From assembly GCA_965198225.1 (NCBI GenBank), contig CBDAOY010000009.1, positions 1,234,540 through 1,298,539 on the forward strand: DNA of 64,000 nt, written 5' to 3'. How positions within the stretch are numbered: the stretch's first letter is position 1; every line of letters starts with the position of its first letter. Under the pieces are notes generated by a model. The model ran no database searches. It was not told the origin of the DNA and saw only the letters and a program-made list of their open reading frames with translations. Positions 46,054 through 55,250 of the stretch are shown in pieces. Position numbers and translations under genes: made by a program. The DNA comes from Terriglobia bacterium. GTDB lineage: Bacteria; Acidobacteriota; Terriglobia; 20CM-2-55-15.

Positions 46054-47829
46054 TCAATCCGTTTCTATACCGAGTCTATTGGCCAGTTTGTAAGGAACAC
46101 AGAAGTAGGTTTCACTGATGGAAGGATTCTTGTGATTCGGTCTTCGATGCGGGTAGACGGTCCTTGAACGGTAACAGAATTCGTCCGGGATCAAATACCC
46201 GCCGATAGTCGCGCATTTCCGCCAGCTCCATCTCTCCGACACGTCGTCGCTTTCGAGAGCAGGCCTCAAGCCCTGGCCCGAGATTTCGTGCACGTACCGA
46301 AACCCGGCGTGATAGGTGTTCCATGCAGTATGTACAAGGGCCTCATCGTGCAAGCCTGATTCTTCGGTGAAGATCAACAGAAAGCCCGCCTCCTGGTATG
46401 CCCTGAAGACTTCGATCATTCGATCATTGGTCTGTTCGCGGATTTCATGGAATCCATTGCCTACCATCATCACCGAGGGCTGGTTCGCGAGACCCAGATT
46501 CCGCAGAAATCGAATGACCCGCTCCGGTTCACCGATATCCGCAGAGCGGATAAACTGCATGTTTCGCGGTAGAAAACCCTGCTTTTGTTGTTCGACCGCC
46601 TGATCAATCGCGGCGTCTTCCAGGTCTGCCCCAAAATATCCAATCTCGTCTTCGCCACTTCGTGCCAGGCGCTGACGAGTAGCTTCACCGCGTCCGACCG
46701 CATGCTCGATGAAGATTGAATATCGAAAATTGTATTTCCTACAGAAGGCGTCCAGTCGATCGTTCCCTACCTCAAAAGTCTTGCGGTTGGCGTCCTGGCT
46801 GGCGGCGACATTCTCGCCGCGATGAACCCAGGCGCCCGGCGAGCTGGATGTCAGGAAGGCTTCCAGATTGTTGAGGTAAGGATGATAGGCGCCAATGATG
46901 CCAAAGGGGCCCGGGCCACGCTCGAAGACGCGCTCCCCCGATTTGCTGACTTTGCCGTCCTCCAGAAAGCCGGCATTTTCAAAAATGCGGTTCATTTCAG
47001 GGAGGATGGCTGGGATGTGCTCCTCCAGGACGGCCCCTTCCTTTAACGGTTGGGTCAGACCTGCCGCCCTCAGACTCAGGACGAGCGGCAACAACCGGTA
47101 GCCAAGCTCGATCTGGAAGTGATTCGCAACCCATGAATTCGTCGGATAATCGACGGCGTCAATTAGGAGCCATTCCCTCAGGATGGCTTCATGTTGACGG
47201 CGGGTGGCTGTCTGAGAGAGCCAGTTCGTCAATTCTGGAACGAAGTTGATGCGATGTTCCGGGTCGATGACTTCGATACTATCCAGCACCCTGGCGACGG
47301 ATGGATCTTGAGCGACCAGGAAATTCGAATCGCCTTTCCTTAGATAACCGCGGGAGTAAAGAAAATGGAGATCCATTTTGAGCTGTTTGAGGCTCAAGTG
47401 TCTTTCCCGGGCATACTCTTCCGGTTCCAGTGCATTTCCTGAGAGCAGCCAATCCAAAGTCTGAATCTGTTTATGCGTCGACAAGACTTGCTTCAAGAGC
47501 CACAAATCCGGCGGCGCGGTGACGCCTGCCGTAAGCACGACTGTGCGCAGGACCTTTATCGCTCGTTCAAGCGAGTCCCTCTCTCCTTGTGCCGAAATGC
47601 GCGTGCGAACAAGTTCCCCCTCGAGAAGGCGCAGCCAGCTCAAGATGGCTTGACCTTGATGAAAGAGGTGAGGGATTTTCTCGATGAATATCCTGAAACT
47701 TCTGTCCGAGATATACGGAAAGCCCGCCGAGCTTATACTCGTTTCACCGGTGATGATCTCAAGCAGGAATTCCGATTGGGGATGTGATTTGAGGGAAGGC
47801 AGTTCCGACAGTTGATTCTTTAGACTCAC
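46054..47829 (-). CDS. Large stand-alone SAM-dependent methyltransferase-like protein (AprA-MT1-like)
   Basis: GTG at 47829 overlaps the amidase stop (GTGA); C-terminal IEHAVGRG, FGADLE, ADIGEP, NGFHE, HEISGQ motifs after a long helical N-terminal part. Confidence 0.65.
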   Translation of the reverse strand: MSLKNQLSELPSLKSHPQSEFLLEIITGETSISSAGFPYISDRSFRIFIEKIPHLFHQGQAILSWLRLLEGELVRTRISAQGERDSLERAIKVLRTVVLTAGVTAPPDLWLLKQVLSTHKQIQTLDWLLSGNALEPEEYARERHLSLKQLKMDLHFLYSRGYLRKGDSNFLVAQDPSVARVLDSIEVIDPEHRINFVPELTNWLSQTATRRQHEAILREWLLIDAVDYPTNSWVANHFQIELGYRLLPLVLSLRAAGLTQPLKEGAVLEEHIPAILPEMNRIFENAGFLEDGKVSKSGERVFERGPGPFGIIGAYHPYLNNLEAFLTSSSPGAWVHRGENVAASQDANRKTFEVGNDRLDAFCRKYNFRYSIFIEHAVGRGEATRQRLARSGEDEIGYFGADLEDAAIDQAVEQQKQGFLPRNMQFIRSADIGEPERVIRFLRNLGLANQPSVMMVGNGFHEIREQTNDRMIEVFRAYQEAGFLLIFTEESGLHDEALVHTAWNTYHAGFRYVHEISGQGLRPALESDDVSERWSWRKCATIGGYLIPDEFCYRSRTVYPHRRPNHKNPSISETYFCVPYKLANRLGIETD

Positions 47830-49225
47830 TCTCGGAAACTTGGACGCTCTAGGTGCCAGCGCGTGGCTTGCTGGTAGGAACGCGCGATCTCCAGGGTCCG
47901 GTCGTCGCTCATCGGCCGTCCCACGATCATCAGGCCGATCGGAAGTCCACCCTCGGTGAACCCACACGGAACGGCCACCCCGGGCAGGCCGGCCAGATTG
48001 CCGAGCGTCAGGAGGTCGGAGCGATATCGGGGACGCCCTTCTATGTTGCGCTCCATGGCAGGCTCAATCGGGCGGGCGCCGATCGGATTCAGCGGAGCGA
48101 TCAATGCGTCATACCGCTCGTACAGCTTTCTCGTTGCCTGGACCATCGCGTGCCGGATCCGCAAGGCCTTCATGTAGTCGGAACCGGGAATCATCATCGC
48201 CGCCTTCCAGCCGAACCACTTCGCCTTGGAGACCAGTCCTTCCTCGAGTGCTCCGCTTCGGGCGTAGGGCTCGAAGACCGAAGATGCTTCCACCTGCCAC
48301 ACGAAACGCGAAACCTCCCGGTAGGGAAACTGCGGAAGGTTGACTTCCTCGACGACCATCCCGCCGTCGCGCAGCACTGCGAAGGCCGTATCGTAAGCTC
48401 CGTCGGCCCCGATTTCCTTGACCTTCTCGAAATCGGTCGTAACGAGGCCGATGCGTCGGCCCGAAACGTCGCTGCCGGGAGAAAAGTCAAACGGTTCGGA
48501 GCGCGATGTGGGATCCCTCGAATCGGCTCCATGAATCGCGCTGAAAACGGTAGCACAGTCGGCCACCCCACGCGCCATCGGCCCCAGCTTGTCCATCTCC
48601 AGCTCAGAGGCATGGCTCCAAAACGGCTGACGCGGCCGTAGGTGGGCCGCAGACCCGTGATGCCGCACGCGGTGGACGGGTTGAGGATCGATGCCGTGGT
48701 TTCCGAACCGATGGCAAAGGTGGAAAAAGCGGATGCGACGCAGGCACCCGGGCCGGTAGAGGAACCATGGACCCAGTGGTCCAGTTTCCACGGGTTGTGC
48801 ACCGGGCCGTTGAAGGTCCCGCCGGGCGGGCCGCCGGCGAGCTCGCTCATGCTCAGTTTTCCCAGAAGGACGGCGCCCGAGTCCCTCAGCCGCTCGATGA
48901 CGGCGGCATCGTGGTCGGGCACCTGGTCGGCAAAAACATTGCAGCCCCAGGTCGTGCGGATGTTCCTGGTCGACAGCAGGTCCTTGACGGCGAATGGAAT
49001 CCCATGCAGCGGTCCCCGATAAGTTCCCGAGGAGATCTCCTCCTCGGCCGCCTGCGCCTGACTCAAGGCCAGTTCGGGCGTCACCGTGACGAAGCAGTTG
49101 ATCTTCGAATCGAGAGATTCGATTCGATCCAGATAGGCCCGGGTCAACTCGACGGGCGAGAGTTCTTTCGACCGCAGCCTGGGCGCCAGGTCAGCGATCG
49201 TCTGGTAGCAGAGTTCTTCGTTCAT
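47826..49225 (-). CDS. Amidase-signature (GatA/AtzE-like) amidase, frameshift near 48600
   Basis: GPLHGIPFAVKD, GSSTG, IGSETTASI, GLRPTYGRVSR; MPLSW continues as MDKLGPMAR in another frame through GLPIGL to the stop at 47826. Confidence 0.88.
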
Positions 49226-49227
49226 TA

Positions 49228-49512
49228 CTACCTGTCCGGGTGAAATACGAAAGCCGGTTCCAGTTCCAGAGGGACTTCGAAGTCCCGAATCTTCTGGAGC
49301 GCCTCCACCATTTCCTCCAGCATCGGTTTCAGCGTTTCCATCTCACCGTCCCCGGCCGGGTAGCCAATGTGCTCGAGCAGGGCCTGGGCGGTCTCGGGCG
49401 ACAGTTTCTCCTCGGTCTCGACTTCCTGTATTGCCGCTTCCAGAAGACCACCGCCGAGGAGGGTTCCCGCGGCGATCTGCGAAAACGCGCGTCTTGAGAG
49501 CGTCGAATTCAT
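49228..49512 (-). CDS. Small Tat-signal protein resembling GatC/AtzG amidase partner subunits
   Basis: AAGGAGG RBS; SRRAFSQIA; C-terminal LQKIRDFEVPLELEPAFVFHP; ends 2 bp before the amidase. Confidence 0.7.
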   Translation of the reverse strand: MNSTLSRRAFSQIAAGTLLGGGLLEAAIQEVETEEKLSPETAQALLEHIGYPAGDGEMETLKPMLEEMVEALQKIRDFEVPLELEPAFVFHPDR

Positions 49513-49546
49513 TCGCCTCCTTGTTCGAGCTGGTACCTTGCGGGCC

Positions 49547-49588
49547 CAAAAAAAGAAGGCGGGGTCCGAACACTGTCGGACCCCGCTC
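49547..49588 (-). terminator. Rho-independent terminator after the TonB-dependent receptor
   Basis: Minus strand GCGGGGTCCGA-CAGTGT-TCGGACCCCGC then CTTCTTTTTTT. Confidence 0.8.
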
Positions 49589-49611
49589 GTCGTCTGACTC
49601 CTCCGTTAGCC

Positions 49612-52600
49612 TTAGAAGCTCAGTTTCATCCCCAGCTGGATCTGTCGTGAATCCTGTGCCTGGGAGATCTTACCGAAGCTGCTGGAGTTGGCCGTGACAT
49701 TAGGCAGCCAGAACGTGGGAGTGTTGAACGCGTTGAAGAACTCGAAGCGGAGCTCCATCCTCGCCGTTTCGCTGAGACTGATCCTCTTGATCATCGAGAT
49801 ATCAAAGTTCGTGCTGCCCGGACCCTCGATGACACCCCGGCCCGCGTTGCCGAACTGTCCCCGTGGTGGTAGCACGAACGCGTCCGTGTTGAACCATCGG
49901 TCGGGACTCTGCGGACCGGAGTTCGGGTCGCCGATCATATTTGGCCGGTCCCCGCGCTGGCCGGTTCCGCTCCAGTCTCCGCTGATTGCCGGGCTGAGAC
50001 GCAGTCCCGTGCGCGCCAGCATGATAGTCGAGAGTTCCCAGCCCCCGACGAGGCCGCGCAGCACCGGGCTCTCCACACGGAACCGACGGCCGACTCCAAA
50101 CGGAAGCTCGATGATGCCGGCGATGCTCAACCGGTGACGCGTGTCATAGGCCGACAGGCCGCGCTCCAGGAAGAGCCTCGACTCATCCTGAGTGCGACGT
50201 TGGGTTCTGGCCGAATCGTTCAGACCGTCGTCGATCATCTTCGACCAGGCGTAGCTGCTCAGGAACGATATGCCATCGCTCATGCGCTTCTCGACCTTCA
50301 ACAATGCCGCGTGGTAGGTGGAATTCCCGGTGTTCTTTTGGATCTGGATGCTGGACCACGGTTGAATGGGTCGGCGGGATTGCAGGGAACCGGTGCCCTG
50401 TCGCGCCTGGTTGATGTTCACCGTCCGGTCCAGGCCGTGCCCCACCTTGCCCTCGTAGGTCGCTTCCACGACCATGTTGCCCGGCAATTCACGCTGGAGG
50501 CTCAGGTTCCAGTTCTGGTAGTAGAAGGTCCGAAAATCGGGATCCATCCCTTCCGGACTCAAGCCCGCACGAGTGTTGAACTGCGCCTCCGGCGACACCG
50601 GGAACGGGTTGTCCATCGTGAGGGGATTGTCCATCGTGAAGTCTCCGGAGTCGAACACGGTATTGAACGCGTTCGGCGGGTTTCTGGTGTAGATACCACA
50701 GTTGCAGACATCATCCACACCATAGAAAACGCCGAACCCGGCCCGAAGAACCGTCGAGCCGTCGTCGGTCAGCCGGTATGCCAGACCGATGCGCGGCGCG
50801 AAGTTGTTGAAATCCTTTCGGTGGAGCGGATCTTCGCTCAGTCCGGGCCGTACCGTATTGGTCTCGATGACATAAGTCTTCATCCGGCCGTACTTTTCCC
50901 GCAAAGGCGTGTTGTATTCGTACCGGAGGCCAAGGTTCAAGGTCAGTCGGGGCGAGAACTTCCAATCGTCCTGGAAGAACCCGCTGTAGCTCGTGATAAA
51001 CGGGTGGAAGTCGATGCCGCACGGGTTGTTGGCGCGTTCCGGCTCGACGAGGTAGCAGTTTCCGAAAAGCTCTGTGAAGGCAGGTCCGGGGGTGGTTCGG
51101 TTGGAACTGTCCAGATAGCCCAGCAGGAAGTCTGCAAATCCGTCTCCGGTGAAGCCCCCGTTGAAATCGAACCTGCCGCGGCGGTTCGTCCCGAAGTAGG
51201 TGTTCTGTCCGTGCTTGTAATACTGGAACCCCAGCTTCAGGTTGTGGTTCCCCTTGTTGATCGAGAGCGTATTGTTCGCCGTGTAGGCGTGGTTCATGTT
51301 CCACTGTGTTCCAGACGAACCGAGGTTTTCGTAACTCCGGATGCGGACGTCGGGAATGCCACGGTGGAAGGGGAAGTTGTCGGCCAGGGTGCCGTAGACC
51401 TGGATCTCGTCATTGAAATAGCGATCACCGAAAGCGATCGGGTTCCGCCGGCGGATCAGCCGGTTGGCCCCCACCCGGAAATCGTTGACGACGGTCGGGC
51501 TGACGACCCACGTGTAGTTCACGGCCGTATGGAAGGCAAGCTGTCGCGAGTTGTGGCTGCGATGCTCGGCCAGGAACGGCCTGCCGGCCTGCGCCCACTC
51601 CACGAACGTGGAGCGATAGTTGTTGTAGCTCATCATGACGCTGTGATCCTGGTTGATCTGATAATCCCAACGCATCGCGTGCTGCTTCCGGTGGTCGGTC
51701 TCGTCGATCGCCGAGTTGATGGCGTTCTGAGATGTACCGGGCAGAGTCAACGGGTAATGCGGATCGTAGAACTCCTTGAACTTCAGCGAACGAAAGTTGA
51801 AACGGTCCACCGGGATCTGGTTGCCCGGGAAGGGATTCCCGGTTACAGGATCGATCAGCTGCTTCGACAGAGCCGAGAAGTCTCCATTCCAGAATTCCTC
51901 CCGGGGCATGGATCCCCGCGCCGTGTTGTTCTTGATCTGGCGTTGCCCTTCGAAGGCGTAGAAGAAGAACATCCTGTCCTCAATGATGGGCCCGCCGAAA
52001 GTCCCCCCAAATTGATGGCGACGGAACTCCGGCAGGTTCTCCAGCGGCCAGGGATCGAAAAAGTTACGCGCATCCAGGTTGTCGTTGCGGTGGAACCAGA
52101 AGGCGCCGCCATGGTACTCGTTGCTTCCGCCTTTGCTGACGGCGTCCATCTGCCCGCCGGCAAACGTCCCGTACTGGGCACCGTAGGTGTTGGTCAGGAT
52201 CTTGAATTCGGCGATCGCATCTACGATCAGCGGTGTCGACAGCTCATGCGTCCCGGCCCCCTGGTTGTTGATGCCATCCAGGAGTGTCTGGTTCGTCTTT
52301 TCCGACACCCCTCCGACCGTGATACCGCCACGGTGCCCGAGATGCGAGTTCTGACGGGGTGCGAAAGACCCGGGGATCAAATACGCCAGCTGGATGAAGT
52401 TGCGTCCGTTCAGCGGCAAATCCACGAGCTTTTGCTGGTCCATCACCGCCGCCATCGCCGCGTCTTCCGTCCTCACCAGCGGGGCTTCTGCCGTCACCTC
52501 CACGGTTTCGGCGATCTGCCCGACGACGAGTTCGATGTCGACCCTCAAGCGATCTCCGACCGAGAGGCTGATGCCGTCGCGGATCGCGGTCCGGAAGCCC

Positions 52601-52860
52601 GGCAGTTCGGCCGTAACCCGGTACTGCCCGATCGGCAGCAACGGGGCTTCGTAATTGCCGGCTTCATTGGTCACCAGTTGCCGCGTCTGGTTCGTGGCGG
52701 TTTGCGTGACCGTGACGCCGACCCCGGGGATCACCGCTCCCGAGGCGTCCGTGACCGTCCCGCTGATACTGCCGCGCGCTACCTGCGCCCAGCCAGGCGT
52801 TGCCGCGGCCAATAGAAAAACCAAAGCTAAACATCCGATCAGTTTTCGATCGAGATCCAT
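49612..52860 (-). CDS. TonB-dependent receptor (Oar-like, carboxypeptidase-regulatory N-terminus)
   Basis: ATG at 52860 after GGAGGAGAGG; GSISGTVTDASGAVIPGV, LPLNGRNF, FFQDDWK...LTLNLGLRYEY, RQIQLGMKLSF. Confidence 0.95.
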   Translation of the reverse strand: MDLDRKLIGCLALVFLLAAATPGWAQVARGSISGTVTDASGAVIPGVGVTVTQTATNQTRQLVTNEAGNYEAPLLPIGQYRVTAELPGFRTAIRDGISLSVGDRLRVDIELVVGQIAETVEVTAEAPLVRTEDAAMAAVMDQQKLVDLPLNGRNFIQLAYLIPGSFAPRQNSHLGHRGGITVGGVSEKTNQTLLDGINNQGAGTHELSTPLIVDAIAEFKILTNTYGAQYGTFAGGQMDAVSKGGSNEYHGGAFWFHRNDNLDARNFFDPWPLENLPEFRRHQFGGTFGGPIIEDRMFFFYAFEGQRQIKNNTARGSMPREEFWNGDFSALSKQLIDPVTGNPFPGNQIPVDRFNFRSLKFKEFYDPHYPLTLPGTSQNAINSAIDETDHRKQHAMRWDYQINQDHSVMMSYNNYRSTFVEWAQAGRPFLAEHRSHNSRQLAFHTAVNYTWVVSPTVVNDFRVGANRLIRRRNPIAFGDRYFNDEIQVYGTLADNFPFHRGIPDVRIRSYENLGSSGTQWNMNHAYTANNTLSINKGNHNLKLGFQYYKHGQNTYFGTNRRGRFDFNGGFTGDGFADFLLGYLDSSNRTTPGPAFTELFGNCYLVEPERANNPCGIDFHPFITSYSGFFQDDWKFSPRLTLNLGLRYEYNTPLREKYGRMKTYVIETNTVRPGLSEDPLHRKDFNNFAPRIGLAYRLTDDGSTVLRAGFGVFYGVDDVCNCGIYTRNPPNAFNTVFDSGDFTMDNPLTMDNPFPVSPEAQFNTRAGLSPEGMDPDFRTFYYQNWNLSLQRELPGNMVVEATYEGKVGHGLDRTVNINQARQGTGSLQSRRPIQPWSSIQIQKNTGNSTYHAALLKVEKRMSDGISFLSSYAWSKMIDDGLNDSARTQRRTQDESRLFLERGLSAYDTRHRLSIAGIIELPFGVGRRFRVESPVLRGLVGGWELSTIMLARTGLRLSPAISGDWSGTGQRGDRPNMIGDPNSGPQSPDRWFNTDAFVLPPRGQFGNAGRGVIEGPGSTNFDISMIKRISLSETARMELRFEFFNAFNTPTFWLPNVTANSSSFGKISQAQDSRQIQLGMKLSF

Positions 52861-53128
52861 AATTCCTCTCCTCCAGCCATACACAAGGCTGCCCTGTCGT
52901 TTTGTTCGCCCGAACCGCTGCGGGGATGATTCGGAGTGCCATCCCAGAGAGCAGAAAATCACCCCGACTCCTGTCGCGTTCCTGGGCGAGCCGCCGATGT
53001 CGTCTCCCTGAGCTGTCCATCGGGTTGATGTCTGCTTGGGACTCTAAACCCCGATGATCAGCGAGTCAAGCGGTTCAGGAACCAAATTCCACCTGAAATT
53101 GTCCCGGCACTGGGGGTGGAGGTCATCG

Positions 53129-53215
53129 TCAGAAGGGCGGGGAGATCAGGTTCTCGAACTGCGGGCGGTTGAGCGCGTTGATCGCCTCCGCGCCGAAGAA
53201 CACGGAGCGGGTCTG
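53129..53215 (-). pseudogene. Possible eroded C-terminal fragment of a TonB-dependent receptor
   Basis: Translates as QTRSVFFGAEAINALNRPQFENL, similar to FRTEIFNIANHPQF and LRFEFFNAFNTPTF in the two intact receptors. Confidence 0.4.
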
Positions 53216-53420
53216 ATCCCTGAAAATGGGCAACACCCGAGATAGCTCGTTTTTGAATGGTCAAGATGCACAGATCGGACTATCCATCTGCCCCCCCGGG
53301 GGCAGACGAGGCAGCTTGCCGGATCGCGCTCGTGACTCTCCGAGGAAGCAGCCCGTGGCCATTGCTGTCCAAAACCATTGGAGGGAGCCCCGCTGGCGTG
53401 GGGTAAGCCCGGTGGATTCA

Positions 53421-53589
53421 CTAGCAGGCTGCTGAAAAACTCCGTTTTTCGGCTGTCTGTGTTGCGGCATAGGATGTGCCGCCATTTTCGATGGCTGTAA
53501 GCCATTGAAAATGTGAGGCACCTGAGAATCACACTTCTCAGGTGACGTTGCTGAAAAAGCCACTGAGGGCTTTTTCAGCATCCTGCTAG
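53421..53589. mobile_element. CTAG-bounded MITE with IS5/IS1182-like ends (169 bp)
   Basis: CTAGCAGGCTGCTGAAAAA ... TTTTTCAGCATCCTGCTAG; internal hairpins such as CACCTGAGAA...TTCTCAGGTG; no transposase. Confidence 0.8.
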
Positions 53590-53650
53590 ACCCTGCGTCG
53601 AGTCTGCGAAGAGGTCTCGTTGCCGAAGACAAGCGAAACCCTAGGCTCGG

Positions 53651-53719
53651 GTGTAGGTGCGCTCTGTGAGCGCACGTGTTTCGGTTCGAAGAGTGTGCGG
53701 TCACAGACCGCACCTACAC
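53651..53719. repeat. Inverted REP doublet with variant loops (53651-53675, 53695-53719)
   Basis: GTGTAGGTGCGCTCTGTGAGCGCAC ... GTGCGGTCACAGACCGCACCTACAC. Confidence 0.9.
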
Positions 53720-53795
53720 CCGCCCGCGCCTCGAAAAGCTGTCTTGGACAAGGATGGCTCCTGGCAGAAGTGTGATAGCTTGCGTTACAGCGGCT

Positions 53796-55172
53796 CTACT
53801 CCGCCCCCTGAAGCCTCGTGAGGAAGAGTATCAGATCCGATTTTGTGATGATGTCGAAGCCCTTGCCGTTCTCGATGAGGACCGCGGTCATCTCCCCTCT
53901 CATGTGTTCGGCCAGCACGTTGATCGGGGCGTCCGCCGCCAGAACGGCAAAAGGCTGCTCCATGTGCTCGGCGACAGGCTTGCTGCAGACCGACGGGTCG
54001 GAGACGAGTACCTCCAGGATTCGCGCTTCACTGATGCTGCCGACCACGCTCCCCCCCTCGATCACGGGAACCTGGGAGATCTCATGCTCCCGCATCAGGT
54101 TCACGGCGTCCTCGATCGACGCCGCCAGCTGGAGTGAAAGAATGGAATCCGCACGTCGGACCTTTTCTCGAACGACCTGACTCGCCCGAACGTTCAGAGC
54201 GGCCTCCATGTACTGGTTGTCACGCATCCAGTTGTCGTTGTAAATCTTACTCAGATAACGCGTACCCGAGTCCGGGATGACGACAACCACCAGGTCACTC
54301 TCTTTCATACTCTCGGCGCACTTCAGGGCAATGTGGACCGCCGATCCGGCGGACCCACCGGCGAAGATTCCTTCTTGACGAGCCAGCTGGCGGGTCATCA
54401 GGAACGAATCCTTGTCGGAGACAGAATAAAGCTCATCGATGACTGAAAAGTCGACATTGAGCGGCTTCTCATCCTGGCCGATTCCCTCGACCTTGTAGGG
54501 CTGGGGCTCGGGTCGCTTTCCTGTCTTGAACATCTCGGCAAAGATGGATCCGATCGGATCGACACCGATCACACGAATCTCGGGGTTCTGTTCTTTCAGG
54601 TACCGCGCCGACCCGCTGATGGTCCCACCGGTTCCGACGCCGATCACGACGTGGGTGACTTTCCCGTCGGTCTGCTCCCAGATCTCGGGTCCTGTCGTCT
54701 CGTAGTGAGCCTGACTGTTGGCGAGGTTTTCGTACTGGTTCGGGAAAATACTGTTGGGAATCTCGTTGTTCAGACGCTGGGCGACCGAGTGGTAGCTGCG
54801 CGGATCGTGGTGTTCCACCTGGGTCGGCGTCACGATGACCTCGGCTCCGACTGCGCGGAGACCGTCGATCTTCTCCTGGCTCATCTTGTCGGGCATCGTG
54901 AATATGCACTGGTACCCTTTGACGGCAGACGCCAGGGCCAGGCCCATGCCCGTGTTGCCGGACGTGCCCTCGATCACCGTTCCGCCCGGCTGGATCTCTC
55001 CTTTCTTTTCGGCCTCTTCGAGCATCTTGATCCCGATCCGGTCTTTCACGCTTCCTCCCGGATTCATGTACTCCAGTTTGGCCAGGATGGTGGGTTTCGC
55101 CGCGCGGGCAACTGCAGTGAGACGGACCAATGGAGTGTTTCCGATGGTTCCCAATATGTTCTCGTGCCACAT
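53796..55172 (-). CDS. Cystathionine beta-synthase with C-terminal CBS domains
   Basis: IGNTPLVRL, KLEYMNPGGSVKDRIG, EGTSGNTG, GVGTGGT, PDSGTRYLSKIYND; CBS pair (ISQVPV, IITKSD). Confidence 0.94.
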   Translation of the reverse strand: MWHENILGTIGNTPLVRLTAVARAAKPTILAKLEYMNPGGSVKDRIGIKMLEEAEKKGEIQPGGTVIEGTSGNTGMGLALASAVKGYQCIFTMPDKMSQEKIDGLRAVGAEVIVTPTQVEHHDPRSYHSVAQRLNNEIPNSIFPNQYENLANSQAHYETTGPEIWEQTDGKVTHVVIGVGTGGTISGSARYLKEQNPEIRVIGVDPIGSIFAEMFKTGKRPEPQPYKVEGIGQDEKPLNVDFSVIDELYSVSDKDSFLMTRQLARQEGIFAGGSAGSAVHIALKCAESMKESDLVVVVIPDSGTRYLSKIYNDNWMRDNQYMEAALNVRASQVVREKVRRADSILSLQLAASIEDAVNLMREHEISQVPVIEGGSVVGSISEARILEVLVSDPSVCSKPVAEHMEQPFAVLAADAPINVLAEHMRGEMTAVLIENGKGFDIITKSDLILFLTRLQGAE

Positions 55173-55250
55173 GATGACTTCCTTTGAAAGACCCCCGAAC
55201 CCGCCGGCTATTTGTACACCCCAACCGGCACATTCGTCCAGAAACTTAGT

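Noticed and set aside
47826-49512. Housekeeping gatCAB
   Set aside because: No gatB follows, the small subunit has a Tat signal, and the amidase has GSETTAS rather than the GatA GSDTGGS.
50134-52815. 893-aa plus-strand ORF
   Set aside because: Antisense shadow of the TonB receptor; high-GC codon bias removes stops; no recognisable motifs.
52861-53050. Cobalamin riboswitch ahead of the TonB receptor
   Set aside because: No B12 box (GCCACTG, GGGAAG) or AGGGAA/CCCGC pattern found by eye.
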